Source of the DNA: Myxococcota bacterium
GTDB taxonomy: Bacteria > Myxococcota > JACRCW01
Length of the DNA: 23,045 bases
Assembly (NCBI GenBank): GCA_040752415.1
Contig: JBFMGU010000170.1
Span: 1-23,045 of the forward strand
Direction: 5' to 3'
In this document: positions 17,566 to 23,045 of the stretch, in pieces
How positions within the stretch are numbered: the stretch's first letter is position 1
How the letters are laid out: the number at the start of each line of letters is the position of its first letter
Program-made: the position numbers and the translations under genes
Notes under the pieces: model-generated
Told to the model about the DNA's origin: nothing
Seen by the model: the letters and a program-made list of their open reading frames with translations, nothing else
Databases searched by the model: none

Positions 17566-20500
17566 TCATTTGCCGCTGGATGTCGCGGTTGGAGGCGCGG
17601 GGATGTGGCCCAGTGCCAGCGCGGTGGGGGCTCCCAACACCACGAAAGCGTCAATGTCCACGCGATCCGAGGAGGACTCGGAGTTCTGAGTGCCCAGCAC
17701 GCGCACCTGCAGCGTGTGAGCCACGCCCGGGTCGACGTTGGCACTGAACACGATCCGGCGCTTCTGGGTTGACGCGCTGTACGTGTCCACCGTGGCCACC
17801 ACCACGCCATCCAGCAGCACCTCCGCCATGCCGCGGTTGGAGCTCAGCGTGCTCACCCACGCCACCGCGCGACCCTGGAAGGTGAGCGAGGCCGTGGCTC
17901 CCGAGCGACTGGAGTGACGCACCTTGCCGCCGTAGCTGCCCGAGAGACCCGAGCTGCTCCAGCGTCCGCTGTAGTTCACGTCGTCGTGGGACTCCTGGAG
18001 CGCCACCACGCGGAACTGCGGGCCGGACACATCGGCGCTCACATTGCCCTCCGCGTCGGCGCCACGCACCCGGTGCTGGTAGTCATTGGCGGGGGACAGC
18101 GCGCGCGTGACCTGTGTGGCACCTGGAGAAGGCAGCGCCACGGTTCCAAACGCACCGGCGTTCATCCGCTCCTGCGCCACGTAGGTGACCGGCGGGCTGG
18201 CGTCCGTGGAAGACCAGCTGATCACCACCGGCACCGTGGCGTCATTCAAAGTGGCTCCCACCACCAGGGAAGGCCACGGTTGCGTCACCACCGGCGGGGT
18301 CAGGTCCTGCGTGATCACCGTGAAGCGCGTGGAGGTCTCGCTGCTGTTGCCCGCCGGGTCCACCGCGCGCACCTTGAACGTCCAGGTACCGTCGGCCAGC
18401 GGGGTGGAGGTCACCGGGCTGGTGCAGGCGGTGAACGCATCCGCGCCCGTGCTCAGTGAGCAGAGGAAGGAAGCGTCCGGGTCGGGCGAGCTGAACTCGA
18501 ACGCGGGCGTGTTGTCGTCGGTGGGATCGGTGGGACCGGAGAGGAGCGTCACTCCCGGCGGCGTGTTGTCCGGGAGCACCGTGAACGTCGTCGTCACGTC
18601 ATCCCATGTGCCGCCGGAGTACTGCGCCAGCACCGAGAAGGTCCACGACCCATCCGCCAACGGTCCCGAGGTGAACGGCGAGCTGCACGGCGAGAACGTG
18701 GGCGAGCCCGTGCTCAGCGCGCACCAGAACTCCGCCGAGGGATCATTGGAGAGGAAGGTGATCACCGCCACCTCACCCTCGTTCAACGTCGTGGGCGCGG
18801 AGGTGATGATGACGCCGGGCAGCACCACGGGACCCGTGGGAACCGGGATGGTCCCGTCGGCGAACTGCAGCTGTTCGATGTTGCGCAAGGTGTCGGTGCC
18901 ATCCTGCTGGGTGCCGCGAGCGTGGACGACCTGCACGAAGCCCGCGCCCGGGAGGATGTCGTATTCCGCCAGCGGACCCGTGAACACCGCGGTGTCATTG
19001 CCCATCACCGTCGCGGGGACGATGCTCCTCACGATCGAGATCGTGCTGGGACTGATGCGTCCCGCAAACACGTCGTTCCTGATCTCCTGGAGGCCATCAA
19101 CCAGCCTCACGGTCTCCGTGATCGTCACCGCCCGCAGCTGCACGTTCAGCCAGGCGTCGCCGTCCAGGATGTCGTTGCCGCCGCGACCCTCGAGGACGTC
19201 GTCGCCTTGGCCGCCGAGGATGATGTTGCCGCCCGCGAACTCCGTCGCGCCGGGAGGGAGCAGCGCGGCCAGGCCGTTGATCCGGGCGATTCCCGCCGCC
19301 GTGAGGACGTGCCCGTTGGCCGCGCCGGTCAGCCCGTCGTTCCGCAGGATCGCCTCGTCCCGGTTGTCGCCGCGCAGCATGTCATCGAAGTCGGAGCCCG
19401 ACAGACCTTCGACGAGGTCGAACCGGTCGCGAAGCTCGTTGAGTGGCGCATTCACCTCGAACAAGCCGGTAACCAGCATGTCGGCATCGACCGGCACGGT
19501 CTCGCCACGGTAGGTGACCCAGTCAAAGCCCAGCATGCCTTCGAAGCGATGCGTGGGCACGACGCTGCCGACCATGATGTCGTCGCCACCCTCCATGTCG
19601 AAGTCCCCATCACCCGGGCCGGCAACCCCGACGTCGTGACCGCCGTCCGGATCGTTCTGGAACTGATTGTTGTCGTCGCCAACCATGACGCTGGCGGGTG
19701 AAATCGTCCCCTCCATCCAGTCATCACCCGCGCCGCCGAACGACTCGCTCAGGCCCGCACCCATGTAGATGACATCGTTCCCGGGACCGCCGAACACTTC
19801 CGACGCATCCACGCCGCCGATGATGAAGTCGTTGCCTTCATTGCCCTGGAGCAGGTCGAACGGACCGGGGCCGCCGCTGATCGCGTCATCGCCGGGGCCG
19901 CCCTTGATGACGTCCTCGCCGAAGGTATCAACCAGGATGTCGTTCCCCGCACCGCCGTTGGTGAGGTCGTTGCCGGCGCCGCCTTCCACAAAGTCGTCTC
20001 CGCCGCCGCCCGCGATGCTGTCGTCGCCGATGCTCGAAATGATGCGGTCGCCGGCAGCGTCGTTGCCGTTCCAGATGACGTGTGCCCCCCCGGAGTACCG
20101 GAACGTGCCGTCCGCCGTCCGCGTCAGCTCACCCGCCGCCACGAGATCCAGCTCGTTGAAGGCCGTCGTCGGATCGTCGACGATCGTGTTGCCCGCGCCG
20201 CCGATTCTCGCCAGGTTCAGCACGAGGTCCGGACGGCCGAAGACGTCCTGCCCCATGCCCTCCGCCGCGGTGTTGCGCTGGATGAGCTCCTGGAACGAAT
20301 TGCCTTCAAGCTGCGCCAGCAGGTTCAGACCGTCGAGACGTTCGAGATAGTAGAAACGGTCCTCGTTCTGGAGGTTCTCCAGCTGCCGTTCGAACACAAA
20401 CGTGAACGTCGGGCCCAGCATCGAGCCGAACGGAGCCGGCCTTTCCGCAAGACCGCCGATCCACAGGTCGATGTTGTTCACGCCGGTTTCCGCAGCGGGA

Positions 20501-22719
20501 CCGTCCATGAACTCGGAGTCCAGCAGCAGGGCCAGTGCCGCTGCGCGTCTGCCGGCAAGGCCGCAATCCGGCGCAGGACCCGTCGTGCAATCCGGGACAG
20601 CCGCGAGCGTCGGGTGGATACCATAGGCCGCGATGAAGTTGACGAGCGAGTCCGGGTTTCTAAGCGCGAACCCATAGTCGGACCAGTTGGTGTACGGAGC
20701 CAGCGACCAATCGCCGCTCGCCTGGAACAGCTCCTCGCGCACCACGTTGAGTGGCGCGATGCTTTCGCTGCGTCCCCGGGCCACATTGAGCACCCCAAGA
20801 TCCAGCGGCAACCCGAGGAGGTTGTTGCGCACGGCCTCGGTGACGAACTCGTCGATCTGGTTGCCGACCTGACGGGTGCCGCCCTGGAAGATGGCACCGG
20901 CCGCCTCCGCGGCGGTCAGCGTCCCGCCCAACCCATCGCGGTTGAATTCCAGCGGATCCAGGAAGCCATCGAGCAGGGGAATGTCGTACGTCGTGCCGTC
21001 GGGCCTCTCGCGGGAAATCGTATCGGTCAGCATGGAGTGCCCAAGGCGGTACACCGCGTGCGCGAATTCCGCGACGATCGCGGGATTGAACCTGCTCGAC
21101 ATGTTGATGCCGTCGCCGATGAACTCGTTGATCGAGGGCACCAGCTTGCGCGCGAACTCTTCGAACACGAGGTGCTGGTACTGCATCTCGGTCACGAATC
21201 TCGCCGCCTGGAAGATCCGTTCGCCGTAGCCCCAGCCGGACGCCGCGTCGACGGTGCGCCACGCCGCCGCCTCTGCCGGCGTCAACAGCGTATCAATGAG
21301 TCCGCCGCTGACCCCGTTGGCGCCGCCGATCTGCGCGGCCAGCCGGTTGTGCTCGGCGTGGAAGATCGTGTGCACGGCTGTCAGCGCGATGTTCTCGTTG
21401 CCACGCCCGTCGCCGGTGACGAAGTGCGCGTCGAGCAGCTCGTCATCGTAGGTGCCGGGTTCCTGCGGCCCGGTCGTGACGACGTCGTCGCTGTCGGGAG
21501 CCAGGCCGGTCCGCGGAACGGCGCGGTGTGCAATGTCATCGAGGAAGGCGTGTCCGGTCAGGACGGCATTGGCGGTGGTGATCGGCGCACTCGGGTTGCC
21601 CTCGGCCGTCCCACCGCTCTGCAAGACGATCAGCGGGTACCCATTCGGGCCGGGCTTGAAGTGACCGTAGGGATCCGTCAGGAGCAACGGGATGTTGAAG
21701 ACGTCCCCGTCGGAGAGCGCAATGCCGAGTTTCGTCCGCGCCTGCTCCTTGACCTCCGCCCAGTTCCCGATGTTGCCACCGGCGCCGTCGATGAGGCGGC
21801 CGGTCGGGATGGGTGGGGTCGCCAGGTTGTCGTCGTACTCGCGCAGGAATACCTGGTGCGAAGGATGTGAAGTGTAGGTCTGGTTCTGATCGACAAAAGG
21901 CGTGGTGACGTTCGTCGCCTCGTGGATGTCGTCCTCGGTGCCGAGCTCGCCGTCGGGGCCAGGCAGATTGGTGGCGCGGGACAGCACCATGAAGTTCGTC
22001 GGGCTTCCCGGGACGTAGAGCGGATCGTCGGGCTGCAGCGGCACCACCACTCTCTCGTTGCCTTTGGTCACGAGGTCGAGGCCGTGATCGAAGAACTGTC
22101 CAAAAAACGTGAACATCGTGTTGAACGGCGCAGACAGGCCCTCGTCGGGGGCGACGTTCGGGATGAAGCAGGTCGGGTCGCGCCGCGTGTCGGGAAGGTC
22201 GACGCACTCCCCGCCGGCTGACTGGGTCACGTTCAATGCGGCCGGGTTGTTCACCGTCTGATCCGCGATCAGGTTGGTGATGATGCGCGGCTGCGGGTCG
22301 ACCACGTTTCCCAGCGGTGGATAGCCTGGACGGTTGTAGGCCGTGGTCATGCGGGGGAACACCTCGTCGGCGGCGCCCCACGTGGTCTGACCCGGAACGA
22401 GGTGGTTGAACGAACCGTCGACGGTCCGTAGTCCAAACGGCAACCGCGGATCGTTGACCTGGTTCGGTCCGGGTCCCAGGAGTTGCCCCCCGCCCGCGTG
22501 GGCCTGGGCAATCTGGACCTGGCGGAAGATGAACCGCAGGTCCCCGGCGTTGATGGTGAAGCCGGCTCCGACGGGTGCCAGCTCCTCCGTGGCAACGCCG
22601 GCGACCCCTTCTTCAACCGGGGTCTGCTCGGCGCTGTCATTGGCTGGGCAGCCAACGGCGAGCAGCGTTGCCGCGCCCGCAACCGCGGGCCAGCGTGGAA
22701 ACCCTCTCTGCTTCTTCAT
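17566..22719 (-). CDS. Large animal-type (peroxidase-cyclooxygenase superfamily) heme peroxidase with RTX Ca-binding repeats, Ig-like repeats and a lipoprotein-like signal (MopA/PepA-like)
   Basis: GLRTVDGSFN, FGQFFDHGLD (distal His region), GDGRGNEN, EFAHAVYRLGHS (proximal His), DLWIGGLAE, DRFYY; many GGxGxD nonapeptides. Start ATG 22719 with GGAGGGG upstream; signal-like sequence ends LLAVGC24. 1717 aa. Confidence 0.92.
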   Translation of the reverse strand: MKKQRGFPRWPAVAGAATLLAVGCPANDSAEQTPVEEGVAGVATEELAPVGAGFTINAGDLRFIFRQVQIAQAHAGGGQLLGPGPNQVNDPRLPFGLRTVDGSFNHLVPGQTTWGAADEVFPRMTTAYNRPGYPPLGNVVDPQPRIITNLIADQTVNNPAALNVTQSAGGECVDLPDTRRDPTCFIPNVAPDEGLSAPFNTMFTFFGQFFDHGLDLVTKGNERVVVPLQPDDPLYVPGSPTNFMVLSRATNLPGPDGELGTEDDIHEATNVTTPFVDQNQTYTSHPSHQVFLREYDDNLATPPIPTGRLIDGAGGNIGNWAEVKEQARTKLGIALSDGDVFNIPLLLTDPYGHFKPGPNGYPLIVLQSGGTAEGNPSAPITTANAVLTGHAFLDDIAHRAVPRTGLAPDSDDVVTTGPQEPGTYDDELLDAHFVTGDGRGNENIALTAVHTIFHAEHNRLAAQIGGANGVSGGLIDTLLTPAEAAAWRTVDAASGWGYGERIFQAARFVTEMQYQHLVFEEFARKLVPSINEFIGDGINMSSRFNPAIVAEFAHAVYRLGHSMLTDTISRERPDGTTYDIPLLDGFLDPLEFNRDGLGGTLTAAEAAGAIFQGGTRQVGNQIDEFVTEAVRNNLLGLPLDLGVLNVARGRSESIAPLNVVREELFQASGDWSLAPYTNWSDYGFALRNPDSLVNFIAAYGIHPTLAAVPDCTTGPAPDCGLAGRRAAALALLLDSEFMDGPAAETGVNNIDLWIGGLAERPAPFGSMLGPTFTFVFERQLENLQNEDRFYYLERLDGLNLLAQLEGNSFQELIQRNTAAEGMGQDVFGRPDLVLNLARIGGAGNTIVDDPTTAFNELDLVAAGELTRTADGTFRYSGGAHVIWNGNDAAGDRIISSIGDDSIAGGGGDDFVEGGAGNDLTNGGAGNDILVDTFGEDVIKGGPGDDAISGGPGPFDLLQGNEGNDFIIGGVDASEVFGGPGNDVIYMGAGLSESFGGAGDDWMEGTISPASVMVGDDNNQFQNDPDGGHDVGVAGPGDGDFDMEGGDDIMVGSVVPTHRFEGMLGFDWVTYRGETVPVDADMLVTGLFEVNAPLNELRDRFDLVEGLSGSDFDDMLRGDNRDEAILRNDGLTGAANGHVLTAAGIARINGLAALLPPGATEFAGGNIILGGQGDDVLEGRGGNDILDGDAWLNVQLRAVTITETVRLVDGLQEIRNDVFAGRISPSTISIVRSIVPATVMGNDTAVFTGPLAEYDILPGAGFVQVVHARGTQQDGTDTLRNIEQLQFADGTIPVPTGPVVLPGVIITSAPTTLNEGEVAVITFLSNDPSAEFWCALSTGSPTFSPCSSPFTSGPLADGSWTFSVLAQYSGGTWDDVTTTFTVLPDNTPPGVTLLSGPTDPTDDNTPAFEFSSPDPDASFLCSLSTGADAFTACTSPVTSTPLADGTWTFKVRAVDPAGNSSETSTRFTVITQDLTPPVVTQPWPSLVVGATLNDATVPVVISWSSTDASPPVTYVAQERMNAGAFGTVALPSPGATQVTRALSPANDYQHRVRGADAEGNVSADVSGPQFRVVALQESHDDVNYSGRWSSSGLSGSYGGKVRHSSRSGATASLTFQGRAVAWVSTLSSNRGMAEVLLDGVVVATVDTYSASTQKRRIVFSANVDPGVAHTLQVRVLGTQNSESSSDRVDIDAFVVLGAPTALALGHIPAPPTATSSGK
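18320..18810 (-). repeat. Two tandem ~87-aa Ig-like repeats within the peroxidase
   Basis: FWCALSTGSPTFSPCSSPFTSGPLADGSWTFSV versus FLCSLSTGADAFTACTSPVTSTPLADGTWTFKV; CCCGTGCTCAG occurs at 18446 and 18707 (261-nt offset). Confidence 0.8.
19160..20015 (-). repeat. RTX / hemolysin-type calcium-binding nonapeptide repeats within the peroxidase
   Basis: GGGGDDFVE, GGAGNDLTN, GGAGNDILV, GGPGDDAIS, GNEGNDFII, GGPGNDVIY, GGAGDDWME, GGQGDDVLE, GRGGNDILD. Confidence 0.9.
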
Positions 22720-23045
22720 TGCTTCCCCTCCTCGGAGCCGGGCACGCGACGCACGGCCGCCCTCCCCGAAGCGTCGATTCAAGAAATGGGGCGTGCGTGA
22801 CACCACCCCGCGTGTGCCGTGGAAATCGCCGCCCAGCTTGCGTGCGCGGGAAATCCCGCCGGGCGTGGACAACCCAGGTCTCAGTTGGAGACGATCATGG
22901 ATGGTGGCGGCTGGTGCCGGGGACCACTGACGACGCGAAGGAACCGCGTGCGTGCTCGCCCTGGTCGTGATGCTGTGACACGTGCAGGGTGTCTCGGCAG
23001 CGCAAGACGCCAGACAACCGGCCTGTGCGCATTCATAGCGGTGCG

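Noticed and set aside
22720..22872. 51-aa extension of the peroxidase ORF
   Set aside because: A good ribosome-binding site and a signal-like sequence begin at ATG 22719.
22986..22997. 12-mer AGGGTGTCTCGG also present inverted near 77-88 (possible element termini)
   Set aside because: The match does not extend, chance 12-mers are expected in 23 kb of high-GC DNA, and there is no transposase or integrase.

Overview
High-GC window of ordinary-looking chromosomal DNA. Gene content (two PEGA-domain Ser/Thr kinases, an FHA-containing sigma54 activator) points to a Myxococcota-type bacterium (inference). In order: a structured non-coding left end with a heptamer repeat, a PBP1B-like class A penicillin-binding protein, a Hanks-type kinase, a phytoene-desaturase-family oxidoreductase, a membrane YkuE-like metallophosphoesterase, an acyl-CoA synthetase, two small hypotheticals, a three-gene ABC-2 exporter, a putative secreted helical protein, a second paralogous kinase directly downstream of an FHA/degenerate-GGDEF/AAA+ enhancer-binding protein, an M50B-like peptidase, and a 1717-aa animal-type heme peroxidase with RTX and Ig-like repeats. 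I saw no mobile elements, CRISPR arrays, tRNA or rRNA. The best leads are the peroxidase (RTX repeats but an N-terminal lipoprotein-like signal), the kinase/FHA/GGDEF-like activator module, a hairpin masking a candidate ribosome-binding site at the left edge, and a probable dual Sec-Tat phosphoesterase. All calls come from motif reading by eye; no searches were run.
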